Assembly: GCA_964016885.1 (NCBI GenBank)
Contig: OZ024740.1
Coordinates: 384,400,001-384,464,000, forward strand
DNA from: Eledone cirrhosa
Taxonomy: Eukaryota
Reading direction: 5' to 3'
Length of the DNA stretch: 64,000 nt
The notes beneath the pieces were generated by a model, which was not told where the DNA came from, did not search any database, and worked only from the letters and a program-made list of their open reading frames with translations. The position numbers were made by a program, and so were the translations under genes. This document shows positions 28,400 through 44,358 of the stretch, piece by piece (the stretch's first letter is position 1; each line of letters opens with the position of its first letter).

Positions 28400-29080
28400 C
28401 CCTTTTTATAACGTTAGAGCACCCAGCGGTCTATGGATTGTGGGAATTTGTATGTGTTGGGTGTTTGCATCAGATTGTTGAAATTGTTTGTTACAATATT
28501 ATCTATTACATTATTATTGTTTTGCATAGAAGTGGGATTTGTCAAGAAATACTATTTGGTTACTATTAATATTACTATTCTTGACAATATTGTCGTTATT
28601 ATTTATATTTCCACCGGATTTGAATTTGATGTCAAAAGCCGTGCCATTATAGGAGTACATTCCTCAAGTGAACCGTTTGTTGTCCGCCATGGTAAGGGCT
28701 ACTCCAGCTTGATGTACTCCATGTTGACGTCCTGAGAACAGGATAGACTTGTTCTCTGATCTAAACTTTCCCGTATTAGTCCAACGGACATCAGTGTGGG
28801 CTAATAGGTTTAGATTGTAACACTTCATTCCTTTGATGACTAGAGCCAGTTTGGATGAGTCATACATCGTTCGTACGTTCCAGTATCTAATGAGCGAGTT
28901 AGATTTCGGAGAAAGATTCCGAGATTTTGTGGCAGTTTCCTCCATGAGGCTTTCTCTGTCAGGCGTCATATTGTTTCCAGGAGGAGACAACTTTCGTCAC
29001 TACTTTCGGTTTGTTGTACTTTGAACTCTTTTCATAGCAAAGGGATTTTTATGTGAGTAGATTGTTAGTCTTCAGCCCAC
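28400..29080 (-). mobile_element. RTE-clade LINE 5' fragment (AP endonuclease), decayed
   Basis: IRYWNVRTMYDSSKLALVIKGMKCYNLNLLAHTDVRWTNTGK..ILFSGR..HQAGVAL, the canonical RTE APE N-terminus (WNVRT, E.RW, SG, GV). Confidence 0.82.
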
Positions 29081-29725
29081 CACTTTCAATAATTGTAGAC
29101 ACCGCGTTGGATTCATCGCATCGAGGTTGACTCGCTAATAAAAAACTTGCTTATTAGGTCCTATATAGTTACATCCATGGAAATAGGCGACGAGGGCATC
29201 TTAAGATGAACTGTTGGTAGAAAATCGAAACCTTTTAACAAACGTTGGAATGCTGTATTGATAAATGCAACTGACTGTAGTGATTGGAGCACTTTTTCTG
29301 CCTCATGCACCTCTCACCTTAAAATTAGTATTATTAATATGGGGCTTGGAAATAACTTATACGTAACGATAGTGTCATCAATGTCATTACACCGCTGTCA
29401 CATTACAATAATGCCATCTATAAATTTAAAAAAAATAGTTTTTCTCCAGTAAATGGGAACCTTAGTAAGTAGATAATGAATTTTTTTCTCTCAAATATAA
29501 ACTATTTTATAAAACCGCCTTTCATTTATAACTAATCACTTGATGCTGAAAACTACACGTCTTGTTTTGCACAACTAATTGAATGCTTGCATGTTTCTTC
29601 ACTATGAGAGAAACTCTTGTGACTGGCATTCTCCAAATCCTACATTGATTTCCTGCGGGTACTTCAATGTTACCTGGTAAAATTGAAGTTGAAAGGTGCT
29701 ATACGTCAATAAAATAATGTAAATA

Positions 29726-29833
<108 letters not shown>

Positions 29834-32630
29834 AGAACGAGAGAGGAAGATCTGCACCTATTTGTCTCACGATCATGTTTATTGAAACATTATCTCTGCA
29901 TTGTAGACTTGCTCTATCAAAGCCGATGAAACTACCACCACCACTACTACTACTGCCCAAATGTTACCTTTGCTTTCCTACCTAAAATAAACATATATTT
30001 TTAAATGCCTGGAGAGTATCGCAGTAAGAATTTAGTTCAGGTTGAGTTGCGTTTGAAATACAGTTTTCAATCTGGTTTGAGAAAATGTTCCCTCCATTTA
30101 CGTACCCAATGTTCCTTGACAGGGTTATCGATATTACAACCTCTCAATTACCCACCCCGAAAATAAATCAATATTCTAAATAATTCTATTCCTTAACACG
30201 ATATAGTAACGATTCGTTAGAATAGTTTCCAGTCAGTAGCTGGCAGTTCGCAACTTGTCCAACTAGTTTTATGTCTAAGTCCAACTATCTCTCGTTAAAT
30301 ACATTGGATTCTATAAATAAATATCTTACAGCAGCTCTGTAAAAAAACATAGGTTTGTCGTGGGCTTTTAAAACAAAGTTTAGTTTAACAGGCTGGAAAG
30401 TCCATCATAGATAGACCAGAGTTCTAAGCTAGATGGTAATGTATCTCTCGTACGCGAAAATTTAGGAAAGTAAAACATGATGAAGCCTGGGGTTCTGAAT
30501 CCTTGAACTAAAGAAGATAATTAGCTATGCTTTCTGCAGGATATTTAGGAAAATAGTATAAAGCTTATCATCAACAACAACAACTTTTAACCCATCAAAT
30601 ACTTCTGCGCGCAATTATTTATAGATGGAGCAGACTCTCTGCTATGTTGAAAGCTATGTCACCAAAGATATATTTTGTTTCAAAATACGTAACACCGTTA
30701 GCATTTCAATATTGTTTAGTAGAAATAGGAACTGAAATTGTATGTCAGTTGTTAAGGAAAATGTCATTCAACTAGTAACTTTTGATAATTACATCTTAGT
30801 TTTCTTTTTTTTTGATATTTCCAAAAACCTTTTTATTTTTTTTCATTCATTAGTACTAATTCTAACAATTACGGGAAAGGGCAGCACCCACCACCACCGT
30901 AAATGTGTAGCTTAATTTTGAGTAATATTGTATTATATTTCTCATTATTGTCAGGGTGTTGAAATGGCGACAACGGGAAAGCACTTGCCAAAATGTCTTG
31001 TATTTAGTTGCATCCCAGTATACTGTGAGATCAAGTCCTAGTTTCAACATCGCTTTCTCGTTTCTAAGTCGATACAATAATGTGAAAATATGATATTACC
31101 AATATAAAGATACGAGCCCTAATATGAATTTGCTGTAATTGTCTATTTTGCTTATTATCATGACCATTACACAGATATTTATTAGACAACGTATAACTCT
31201 CACAACCTATAAAACGTTCTTATTTGTCGTTCAAGATCTATGTATTTTGAAAGAGTTTCTACCTCATTGCGAGTGAGGATTTGATCAGGAGCCAATGAGA
31301 TGCCTATCATATTTCATAGAATTTTCCTTCATGCCATTGATTGTAATAACTGGATGGTTACCTTTTATGTTCTTATCAATTTGGACAGACACTCTCATAT
31401 TATCGTAGTTAGGCTATTGTCACATATTGGCTTGATGTACGTTTATTACAACATACACGTAGATTTCATGTGGAAGTGTCAGTGCATTGAACACAAGATG
31501 GAACTGCCGGTCTAGGTTATGACTGTGGATGCATTCTCTCTTCTCATTAATTGGACAGATCGTAATAATATGGTCAACCTTTTTTGTATCGATTACATAG
31601 CCTGCAGTTGAGTTTAGCCTCTGGTTTAATTATTTATTTTTATAGAATTCTGTGTGGCTAGATATTGATCATGTTTCTATTTTAGTACTGAGCTTTAAGC
31701 TATAGTTAAATTTTAAATTGCATTGAATCCTTGATTTTTTACTTGTTTTGTTCCGTCATTGCTTAAACCTTTTAATGCAGTGTAATTAGATTCAAGTTTG
31801 TACTCTGTTGTTTCCTTATCTGTGAAGAATATAATTTTGTTTTGTTTTGGTTCATTCATGTTCACGTATTAAATTAATGATTTTCTCTTTGCTTGCGTCT
31901 AATAGTTTTCTAGACTAATTTTTGTACTTCATAATAGCTCTCTAATTGTGGTGATAGTCGTGATAGTGGTGATAGTGGTGATGGAGGACACTGTCTAAAT
32001 GTGTTACTTGTAGGTCGAATTTAGACTCCAAGGTTCCATTCTAAACCCAGAAATAACTGCAACTGCAAATACAGCAACAAAATGAAGAGGGATATACATG
32101 ACCAATGACAAAACAAGAACCTAACAAAAAGATCATCAATAATAACAAACGCAAATACAACCGGAATGACCAAAGAGTCAGCGAAATAATCTGAGAATAC
32201 CACAAAAACAAATCCACCGAGCGATACTGCGAAAACAGATTAAACTCATCGGATAGTTACATATTGAATAACGTTGTATGTCAAATTTCCAACATCAGCA
32301 AGCGTAATTATTTGCAGGAACATTCACCAAAACAGGAAACTTACTACAGAACTCCCGTTTAACACTCTCTCTAAATAAGCTAAACTCCCGTCACTTCTAA
32401 ATGCAATCACCTCAATGAGGTATTCTACGAGCTCACATCGTCTGCCTGAAATGTTAACCAATTATTAAAAACATTGGGTAATGAAGTGCACACCTCTTAT
32501 TCTCTCGTATATATATAATCATGTGTTTATCCCGTCTGATATTAAATATTTACTCGTCAAAAAAAGTGAACTTCCACTTTATAAATAAATGGATATATCA
32601 TGAAATATGTTAATTCCTAAACGCGCTATC

Positions 32631-32780
<150 letters not shown>

Positions 32781-35700
32781 AACTATAGTAGTTATAGAAA
32801 AATAAAGAAAAAGAACCATTGACTTTAAATCCTGGCATTTACCATATTGAGTATAAACGTAAAAAAAACCTAACTAAATGCCAAAATGAATTTTTTCGGG
32901 CCCTCTACTGATTCTGCCACCTACTGCCTTTAGCCTTTTGAAAGAATAAACAGAGAAAAATTTGAACAGAATCGATTTCAGAAAACTCACTTCTGCTAAG
33001 ATAATAGAGAATTGTATTTTTTGGCATCACTAGAGAAATAACAATCTCATGCCTTTTTTTATATATAAACTCACAATTTGTGATCGTGCTTTTATTTTAT
33101 TTTGTTTTCCGATTCCCTCTACTGATTTAAAATCATTGTTATTTCAGGTGTTTGCTATTTTTGCTGTTTTTGCTGCCGCTGAATAATATTATTGTTTATA
33201 AAGATTTCGCTACAGGTATCACTGCTGTTGTTGCTGCTGTTTAATGTAATTGTTTTTCCTTGTTCTTTTGTGACCAGGTAAATGACAAATATTATAGAAG
33301 ATTTATTTACATTTTACTCTCGTCAAACCAGTTATTTCTACAAACGTTTTGGAAACAGTATGTGACGCAGAGTTAACGTTTAATACCTGTTCATCCAGGA
33401 ATGGTATGGCGGAAATGCTTTATCCCGTGGTTTGATTATTCATACAATCATTGAGGTCGATAGTTAGGAAAGTATAGTATCCTAACCCTGGGCATCAAAA
33501 TACTTTGCTCTCAAATAACCCGAACATTTGCTTGTCTTTTGTGGGATCATTGTACAATAGATATAATGTTTAGTAGATAGATTAATTTCCACTAACGGGT
33601 GTCTTTACAATCGGTTATATGCTTGTACTGCTGTTTCATTTTCTTTAGGAAAACGTTCTCTAATTAGTTTACTCCAAACTGTCCTCGTGAGTCAGACAGC
33701 TGTATCAAGGAATTGACAGAAATGACGATGCCACAAACTAAACAGGATTCGGTATTTAGTTTCGACCTTTTTTTTGTATCCTTGTCTGAGTATGTGAAGA
33801 TATTGCAAGTGAAAGTTGTGAGCCGTCTCAATCAGCCAAACTAGTAAATATTTATTGGAAATATTGTTAGGTAAATCTCATTCAAAATGCTTTTCATTTC
33901 TAACACTAGCCAAATGCCGCTCGAAATGAGAATTTGATTATGAAAATATAGCAAGAATTAGAACTCTGTTCTATATTATTCCCTGTAAATATTTGTCGCG
34001 ATTAAAACAACAGAAACTATAGTTGTAGCCTTCGTGTATTCTAAACAGTTACAGAAATTCAATGGTCAATCAATACGAATATACATAGGACATTAAATGT
34101 GTTTATGGTATATTTGGATATTTGTTTGCTAGGAAATGGCCAGCAGCAAAGTTGGAGTGGGGATTATTTTACAAATAATTTCCAATTAGGCAATAATTGC
34201 AGATTACAATGCCTGCTCTTTTACACTTTCACTTGTTCCAGTCAGAGAAATTACTAAATAGAGTGTATAAATGACCTAGACAGAAATCTATAAACCTTGT
34301 TTCTACTCTCGTAACGTTTACAATGAATGAATGAAAGAAGGAAGGATAGAATGAATGGACGAATAAATAAATGAATAAAAAACAACGGAAAAATAATGAA
34401 ACCATACTGTCGAAGAAGTATGATGAAATGAAAAAAGGTAGAAAAACTATATTGAAGCAACTGAATTATGGTATTTATATAAAAAGTGTAACATCAGCGT
34501 TTGAATAGTGTTTTAGATACAACGTTTCTTTGTTCCACCGGAAGTACATCTCACCAACGGTATAAATGAGGCTCTAACTGTAGAATAAAGATTTATACAC
34601 TTTATTTCCGTATTGACTTAGTCGCTATTCAAGCATCAACTGAAAGAGAGTAATAAATGTACAGCCACAAATTAGGGTAGTGTCGAACGGATAATATATT
34701 ATGTACATATTTTTTCTCAAAAGTATTAACAACGAAGGTGAAAGGAATTAGCTTTACCCAGGAATCGCTAGCTAGTATCTCCGAAAATGCATATCTTGCA
34801 ATTGATATAAATATTAACGAAAACATTTATACTAGTAATAAATTGAAATATTTTCATTCAATTATACACTTTCCAACTAAATTATATTTTTGATACATGC
34901 GATATCTTCGACCTGATACAAAGATTTGATATTTTAAAGAATAGTGAGGGTTCATAACTCCGACTTTGATATAAGTTGTGTGACTGAAGGGGTTTATCCA
35001 AAACGTCAAATTAAAAACTTATTCTGCTATCAACTCTTTGGAAGTTTCGTATATTTCGTATATTTCTGGAGATTTCTAAGTAAGTTTTAACGTTCATATG
35101 TTTTTCTAAATCTACTCTCTTTCTACTAAAAATAGTAAAATAGATAAATGAACAATCCCTTCATAAACACCGAATATAGGAACGATCTCCAAAAGAGTGC
35201 AGTACGTATTTAGCACACTACTGTCGATAAATATTCACTTTGTTCTTTTGGGAAACAAGTTAATTGAGTTATACCACTGGAGCTTAGAACACTTTTGCTT
35301 CTTAATTCGACCAAGATAAGAGTGTATTAGTACTGATACATTACATTACTAAAATAAGTGGAGTGAATCTATAAATAAAGTGTATGTTCTTTAGATATTA
35401 AATCTCGGATCAAAATCTTCTTATGAATTCAAATTGGTAAGAGAAGAGAGAATTATCTGACAGACGTTATCCTAGTATATGAGGAAGAATCATCACGAAA
35501 TGTTGTTACAAAGTAATTAAGTCATTGCATTAGTTGAATTTAATAAATAAAGTAACCATAAATTGGCGTATCCAACATTTGAACAGTAGCTCTAATCATT
35601 GATTTATTCAGCAATGATATGATATGTGAACCTAAACAGATTTCAAGTAACTAAGTTTCAAAGCATATTTCTATTTTAATCTTTCAACAAGGTAAAAAGA

Positions 35701-38700
35701 AAATCGGAAAGAAACAATATATAATGTTTCTTTTTTTTCCTGAGCCTGAAGGTCTCCTAAATAATTGATTGAAACTTGGTGCGCGTAAAGCTGCCACATT
35801 TTTGACATCTATGTTAAAATTGTAAAATTTCAGTATATTGGTATATGTCGTTGATGATGAATTAGTATTGTATTTCTTTCTCCGATAGAATTACTTTATG
35901 AATAAAGTTGACATTTTTCAAGTACTTTTGCAACTGCCAAATTACTGATAATCACTTTCGGTTAAAATCATTTTTTTTTCCTGGGCAATATCCAGCAATG
36001 TAAATTGTGATTTTTTTTATTATTTTCTTTCTCCTTTCTTTTTGCTTTTGTTTCCTTTTTATTCTATTTTTTCCTTTAATCGTTCCATTATTCATAATTG
36101 AGAATTGATGACAGTATTTAACAAAGAAATATAAGAGAAATTAATTTTGTCACCTTAATTATGAATGATCGAATTGGCAATCAGGATGAGGGTCTTTCGC
36201 GTTAAACAAATATTTAAGAACAGTCCTTGCCGTGTGTTCCACGAAATCTAAGTGGAACAGAAAAAAAAAGAGAAAATGACTTGTACAAATGCGTGTAAGA
36301 TTTATGATAATGCATACTTGACTTGTGTGTTTTCATCTGTGTAGCATATATGCTGTCTTTATTTTAATTATCAGTTTTACCTTCTGTTATTGAAAGTTTA
36401 TTTTCTTTTAGTGTATTGGCTTATTTCTTTCGTTTGTTTTCCAAGAGTAACGTTAAGCATACCAAATTATCGAACTATTTGACAATTTCAAATATGTTGT
36501 ACACTTTCGAAGAGAGTATGTGACTGAAGAAAATACGTTTTAGTTCAAGATATAAAGCGAGTTAGTTGATGATTACATGACTTCCACAAATAATTTTCAT
36601 CGCTCAAACAAACCTGTTAAAAGGAACCGTTCTGAGTTCAACTGATGAAAATTTGGATGAATTAAGTGTTTATTTGAAGCTATAATAAAGTTATGTTGAG
36701 TGGAAAAAAACTCATTAAATGTTGTTAAATAGGACGAAAAAGTGAAATTACGGTCGGCCTTAATAAACAATAGAAAATTAAGAGAGAGAAACGTCACTTT
36801 GAAATAGTTTTTTTTTTTAAATTTTGTATTTCTTAAAATTCTTTATCGGGATAACTCAAAGGTTAAAATGTGTTTGGCATCTGAGGTTAAATTAACAACA
36901 TAATACAATTTTATCTTTATATCTATTTACGTAATTTCTGATTATTTATTGTATCAATGGGATATTATTTTGCAGTGTTTGTAAGAAAAGGTAGTATTGA
37001 CAATATTTTAATATTGACAATACTTCAGTTGTAAAATAGATGTGTAAGAATCTTGAGACGCGCAGCTCAGAAACTTGAGGCTATTAGATACCAGCAAATA
37101 TTTAATGGCTGGTATCAACTCACTAGTGTTGTTCTGTTCTGTTGTTGCAATTCTTCTTCTTCTTCATCTTCTTCTTCTTCTTCTTTAGCCTGTCTAAGCT
37201 ATCTCATATGTCTAAGCTACATCATGTCTAAGCTACATCATGATAGTGCTGTCTTTTGAGACAAAAACGTGGGGTTTCGGGAAGATTTGACTATGATTTC
37301 TAGCAAATGAGAGGAACAGCTAGTTTCCTCGTTGGATTTATGTTGCCTCTCTGATTTTATTCTACCACATTAACAGTAAATACGTTCCACGAGAAGTTAA
37401 AGCTTTCAACTAAATCTATAGTATCATTGTATAAATAACAGGTATATTTTGTAATATGCAATAGTGGATAACTTAAGTCTTAATATCATACACAATCCTT
37501 ACATTTCCTCTATGTATGTAATTCGTTTTAAAAAAATGACTTAAAATAATTTTTTGAAATCAAGGTACTATATTAGCATATGTGTCCTGACCACTAATGC
37601 TATTAACACATCAATTGCTATGTTTCCCAAAGCTTAGAAAATTGAGAATTCTCTGACTGTTATTAAAAGTTGTTACCTATTGAAATATTGGTTTGACGAC
37701 AGATGATACTAACAGCTCATTCTTTATAGGTGCTAGATATAAAAAGAAAAAAATTAAAACAATCGATTAATTTCCTAAATAATCGATTGTTTTAATCATG
37801 AGAATTTGAAATAATGGTATAAAATTTCACAATAATAAACTCGTCCCACAAATGACCAAATCGAATTGGAATTGGATTTTCTTTGGTTGATATCCTATCA
37901 CTGGTGTTCAGTTATGCCCATAACCAAATAATTTAATTTTCAATAGCTCTGTCTATCTTAAAATATGTAGAATGAAAGAGTGGTAATGTTCACTTTTTTT
38001 AGTGCATTCTCTGCTTACAATACTCAGGTAATCTTCGAATATAGACAGGCATAATTTGAAAATGAATGAATTCGTTACGCTGATATCTTCTGACGACTGT
38101 TCACTTAAAGGAAACGTTAACATTATAAATGTAAATCGCAATGCCTATGGGTCCTACAACTAGTAACAAAAGAGAAAACACATTAGATAATGCCGTCCTG
38201 TTTAATTATTCCATGTCAAAAAATACGTAGCCGTCACAACAGAAACGTATTTAAAATATACGTTTGTTCAATCAGCATTGGGTGTAAAGAATATCTATGG
38301 GACCATGAACCAATGAGAAGATGGACGCTCGATCTGCTAGAGATGGCAGTTAAATCCATGTCAGATCATATACTTTATTCTAAGTACAAGAACACATTAG
38401 ATACCGTACTTGTAAATACATATCGATAGAGAAAAGCTTACAACTGGAATATAGTTCATCGTTTGCTTTGCCAATGGCGACTGAAATGGGTTTAAAATAG
38501 AAACAGCATTAAAACATACGGGACCAACTACGATGCAACAATATTGAGGTTTCAAATTAAATTTATAATCTACTCGCAGTAAATGTGTGACTATGAGAAT
38601 AACGAAACAAAATATTGATTTCTTCTGCAGTTTTACCATATTATTTAGATATATGCTGAATGAGTTAAAGGGTGTATATGAAATGATATTAGTTAAACTT

Positions 38701-40559
38701 AACACAAAACTCAATAGTGATACCAGTTATACGGAAAATGAAATTAGTTAGAAAAATACCCTAAATGCAATAGATATACGATCGTCCACATAAATACGCA
38801 GCAGCGTTAGCTCATTTCAAATATTGGGGCTCCAATAAATTACAAAAAATAAGCCTTCAGAATTCCTATGTGTATAGACAACTTTCATTTTATCTTTATC
38901 TAAATACCTAGTATTAAATTAAATGTTTGTGTTTGTGCGTATGCCTTTCTCCATTCAGATAAAAATAATCAGAAACTGTCACACCTGTGCTTTTAATAAG
39001 AAAAAAATACATACGCTATATATGCATTGTATTCTTGTTTCCGAAGAAATGTAACCATTACCAAATATATACTTAAATGACAGAGAGAGAGAGAGAGATG
39101 GGGGAGAAAAAGACTGAGAAAGGTGTTGGCATTTTAGGTTTATACAATTTTAGAAAGACTGAGAAATAGGTGTTGGCATTTCATGTTTATACAAAGAATT
39201 TGAATAGACCTTGACGTACATGACTTGCCGACCACTATATTTAATAAATTCTACTTGACTACTAGTATTGAGTCCTTTCACATATTTATTATTTATCACC
39301 TATAGTGTCGAGTAGGATATATGTGATATATCGGTAGATTATACCATCTATATGCAACAAACAGATACAACCATCTTGTCTCTGAATAAAATATCTTCCT
39401 ATATAGATATGAAAATACTGATATCCTATTTACACTAGCCCACAGCAATTGTGGATTTTATGAACGCTGTCTCCATCTGTCGATAAAGCCACTCATAAAC
39501 TTCCAATAGCGGATTAAATCAAGTGCAGTGGCTCCTTTTGTGTTTTTTTCCGCTAAGGTATTACATATCTTTATTATAAGCACATAAACCACACACACCC
39601 ATTCACACACATATATACATACACAATATACACATATGGGTATACACGAATTTGATGAAGTGTTTACCGTGTTATTAATTTTTTTCTAAATTCTTATGTG
39701 TTCCTTGCTGTTTCTTACGATACGTATGATTCTTATGTGAATCATCATTTCGAGATCTTTATAGCTCTATCTTCAACATGAAGAGATCTGGCCTGTATTG
39801 TCACTATTTTATAGTAGCCAGGGCTAATGGAATTTGTGTATTCATTAGCAGCGGAACCTTTTTATCTATACATCGTTATTCACGTATTTATTTATAATTG
39901 TAACTAGTGTATAATGCGTGGTGTTTAATTTAGCATTGTTTTTTGCTATGGGTATTGTGTCCATAATTATAGTGTAGATTTCTGTAATGTACAGGTATGT
40001 TATCCACTAATCTTGCCTATTTAGTTTTATATTGAGTTACATGGTGTTGTGCATTGCAGTTGCTTTTTGTTGTAAGTATATAGAAAGCTACTGTGATTGT
40101 GTTGTAGTGATCAATATAACACTTAGGCTCCTCAAGTTTACAGCATTCACGTTTGCAATTGAATTTAGAATTCACATTAGCCATTAAAAGCTTGTTAGCT
40201 GGTTTACACGGTTGTAGTTTATTTGGGATAAGAATGGTGTGTTTTGACATATATTATTGATAAAATATAAGACATCATGAATATGCTGTTGACAAGAAAA
40301 CAAATTTGATATTTGACATGTAGTCGTTCCAACGTAAAGGATCATAAAATTAGTCGATACCTATAAATGATATCTGAGAAATTCAGGTGAGACACCACAG
40401 GAGACGGAAAATGTTGAGTGATGGAGATGCCTTCGAGGAATCAAAGCAAGCATATCTCGAATGATGAGTGAGTGCATTAATTACTACTCTAAGGGGTTGC
40501 TAGACCACAATAGGCATATTTTGGAAGATTTAAACATATATATATATTGGAAGATTTAA

Positions 40560-40611
<52 letters not shown>

Positions 40612-40639
40612 AAAATGTTACAAATAATTACAATGAAAA

Positions 40640-40937
40640 ATGAAAAATTAGAAATAGAAGCAGGAGTATCCATCATCAGTTGTCTACTAGGCATCATAGG
40701 TATTTATTCGCATTAAAGACAATATACCTCCGCCTAGGGCGATACAATAACTAAAATAAGTTATTGGGTGGAGAAGGAGAAAGACACGTGAACAGACACG
40801 ATGGGTGAGGCAACGTACAGAGAGGAAAACATGAAAACATCAAGTCAATAATTCATTACTAACATAAGAACAGGCGAATTTCAACGAGGACAAAAAGACG
40901 ACTTGACCGTACGGGTGTGAGCGAGATGAAAGACCGC

Positions 40938-40940
<3 letters not shown>
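40640..40940 (-). repeat. Inverted, diverged relative of the 63071-63706 element
   Basis: Reverse complement reads TCTTTAATGCGAATAAATACCTATGAT..AGACAACTGATGATGGA. It also shares ATAACTAAA.TAAGTTAT.GGG with ~63575-63596. Confidence 0.6.
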
Positions 40941-40987
<47 letters not shown>

Positions 40988-41861
40988 GGGGGGGTAAGAA
41001 CATCCGTGTGAGTTAGGTAACATTGGGAAAATAAGAGTTAATAATAGTTTTGTAAATCTAGAAATTACGCCTGAAAGCGGAAAATGTTTTTGAGATTTAT
41101 GTTGGGGCGCTAGATTATAGACAACTTACAGAATTAGCCATGTGCGTAAGATACAAGATATTCTGGTATTATTATAACAACATGATCCACCCCAAATATG
41201 GCAATAACAAGTTCTTCCGTATGTTAGCTGGTATCTTGTCATTTTATGCCTCTTTATATGTACACTATATGATATGGAATATTGATGAACAGCCCGCTAA
41301 GCTGATGTTTCCTATGTTGCTGGTTTATTCTAAGACCTCTAGTAACTCTTCAGATGAATGCAAGCTGTGTATCTCCCATGTTCATTGGTAATATTGTTTA
41401 ATTGTTTAACAATGCAGTGTGTTTCTACATTTATTCAGGACAATACATGTTTGAGTAGGTTAGAGTCGCTGCAAACAATCGAATAAGAAATAACGCCACG
41501 GGACATAATAACCTTACCAAAGTTAATCAGGATAGGGTCACCTGCATAACACCTAAGTAGGAAAAACATTGATTTACATAACTGTCCTTGTCCATTTTTT
41601 CAGGTGTCCTGTCATAATCAAGGACAAATAAAAAAGCACTAATATTTGGGATATTTCGCTACTTTTTCTAACAGGTCAAATGACCATATAGAAGCATTCT
41701 TGTTTTCTTGTTATTATGGATGTAAACAGCTAAATTGGACGAATATATATTTAAACTCTAAATAGATTACATTATATTTCCTTCTGAAATAGTTGTGAAG
41801 TATACTTCATTTAGCAATTCTATTTATTGTCTAGGTCTTTTGATGTCGAAAGACAACACAA

Positions 41862-42097
<236 letters not shown>

Positions 42098-42869
42098 TCA
42101 GTGGGTTCGCGCTGAATGCTTCGGTATTTAATACATTCTGAATTTCTGAACATTCTTTAGAGAACTGAGAAGGTAAACAAAATCATGAAAGTAATTGTAG
42201 CAGCTCTGCATGATAGGCAGAGGTAATTTCAAGAAATTGAGAAAAATTCACACTTGAATAAGTGGAAAGGAAAAGGCTAAAATGATCTTTGTTTTGGAAG
42301 CGAGCGGTAATTATGGCCACCTTTATTTCGTCTCATCGCAATAGTGAAATTTTATTGTCTCGTTCGATGATAGGCAACCGAACATATGTAAAAGGAGGTC
42401 AGCAGATTCGTGCTCAACAGTAATTTGTATTTTAAAAAAATATGACTGAATAATTAAACTTCGATAAAACAGACTACCTTAATGGTTTATAGCATAAATT
42501 CTTAATTCAATAAAGTAACCCTGCTATATAAAGAATGTAATCAGCATGGACATGTGTTTCGGCATCAATTTTGCCTTATCATTACAAGATTGTTCCTTTA
42601 ATCTATTTAATTTCAAATATGCAAAAATATTGAAGTACAAGTGTCCGGGGTTCTCGGACGTGTTCCAAACGTGATTTCCTCCTAAGCATGGACATTTCAA
42701 CGGAAATTTTTCTCAGTTTCCTCATATCATCTTCCCTACGCATTCAAGTTGTTAAAAATTCCGTTATTACTTTTTATATACCTTTTCAGTCTACAAATAT
42801 ATGCGTTATGCGTCTAGCAACATATTCACCCAGGTGTGATTGAAACAGCTGACAGTCAGGTAAATGAAT

Positions 42870-43200
42870 TTTCCCTGGCTATTTCTTGTGGTCAGCAGTC
42901 CCTTCCGTTGACATTTAGCCATTCGGAAATCGGATACTTGCCGTATATTTAAATCTTACGGAAATTTTGTTTACAGGATCTAACTGATATTAACTTTAGA
43001 CCTTTGGTCCTTGTGTTCCCGAAGACTGACAGTTGTTTCATTAGATTTTCGACAGATTTGCCCACAAAGCCTCTGGCTCCAACCTCTATAGCGAGAAATT
43101 TGACTCGGAATTCGGCTTTCCTCCGGCGTTTGGCCAAACAGGCACCTTTTTTGGTCTTGAATTCGTGTGCTTCGTCTAATCTGCTTTCTATACACTCAGC
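42870..43200 (-). mobile_element. C-terminal restriction-like endonuclease fragment of a non-LTR retrotransposon (HERO/NeSL-like)
   Basis: ESRLDEAHEFKTKK..LA..RVKFLAIEVGARGFVGKS matches the E..EA.E.K..KY..EVG.RGF pattern. Confidence 0.7.
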
Positions 43201-43361
43201 ACAAAACAAACAGCTTTTTAGGCAGCAAGTTAACAATTAAGCTGGCAGACAAGAGCCACTCCTTGCGATGTGTGTGTCTGACAGCTCACACCTATGCAGG
43301 TTTAGCTGGCCTCCTCCAATGTATATCTCGTTGGAGGTGTATTGGGAAATGTTAATGATAA

Positions 43362-43519
43362 GGACCCCGTCCTATCATCTCATTTCTACAGCTGAGTAAA
43401 CTGGAGCAACGTGAAATACAGTGTCTTGCTCAAGGAAATAACACATCACCCGGTCCAAGAATTGAACTCACAGCCTTTTGATTGCAAGCCCAATTCTCTT
43501 ACCATTAAGCCATGCGCCT
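43362..43519 (-). mobile_element. tRNA-derived CORE-type SINE (second family)
   Basis: Reverse complement: AGGCGCATGGCTTAATGGTAAGAG (A-box), GAGTTCAATTC (B-box), CCTTGAGCAAGACACTGTATTTCACGTTGCTCCAGTTTACTCAGCTG (CORE-like domain). Confidence 0.8.
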
Positions 43520-43534
43520 TCACCATGCTTTTCA

Positions 43535-43836
43535 CCATCGTCTTGCGATGGTGAACAGTCGAAAGCTTGCTCGCTATGCTCATAAATCCTGCCACAACTC
43601 TTTGTTTTTGAACCCTCCTTCTGGACACAGCTGAGGGAGAGCAAAGAAGAGCCACACAAAGAAATTTCCTGGCTCGACAACATCAAAACTAGAGTGGATA
43701 CAACACCGACAAACATCTACGCATGACGAAGAATAAAATTTAATAGAGATGACTGGCTACAAAAGTGTATACAGTGGAACCACAACGACTGGCTCTACCG
43801 GTTGCGGGAATATGTGATGATGATGATGATGATGAT
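43535..43836 (+). mobile_element. RTE-clade LINE 3' fragment
   Basis: Translates MVNSRKLARYAH..HNSL..EGEQRR..QR..WLDNIK (consensus-like VKRRKLAWFGH..EG.RRRGRQR..W.DNIK); ends in a (GAT)n tail. Confidence 0.7.
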
Positions 43837-43918
43837 ATATATGTGTGTGTGAGCGTGTGTGTGTATATATGATGTATGTGCGAGTATGTGTGTGTGCTTC
43901 TGTTTATGTGTCTGTGTT

Positions 43919-43963
<45 letters not shown>

Positions 43964-44327
43964 GTGTTGAGTGTGTGTGGTGTATGTGTGCCGGAATGCA
44001 TGTATAGGGGCATTTATCTATGGATGCATTCAGATATGGATGTAATTTAAATGTGTACCTAACTATAATATTGTGCTGCGCAATGAATAATACAGTATTA
44101 TACAATATAATACAAGAATAGAATGAAATTTATTTTTTCAAAAGGAAAAGCCTTACCTATTTTTCTGACTCGCCTGTGGAATTCATATGTTAATTTAGCA
44201 TTATACACTTGCATACGCTAATATAATCTTATATAACTGAAGGATCATTCATATACCCAAACGCACTTTCTCTTTCAGCATCTCTTTAATATGTAAGTAT
44301 ATGTACGAGTGCGTGTATATGTGTGTC

Positions 44328-44358
<31 letters not shown>

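Noticed and set aside
37757-37794. Short hairpins (also ~51160-51195 and ~60756-60780)
   Set aside because: AT-rich, short and single-copy; could be chance. Bacterial terminator logic does not apply.
39108-39195. ~56-bp tandem duplication
   Set aside because: Ordinary local slippage duplication with no further structure.
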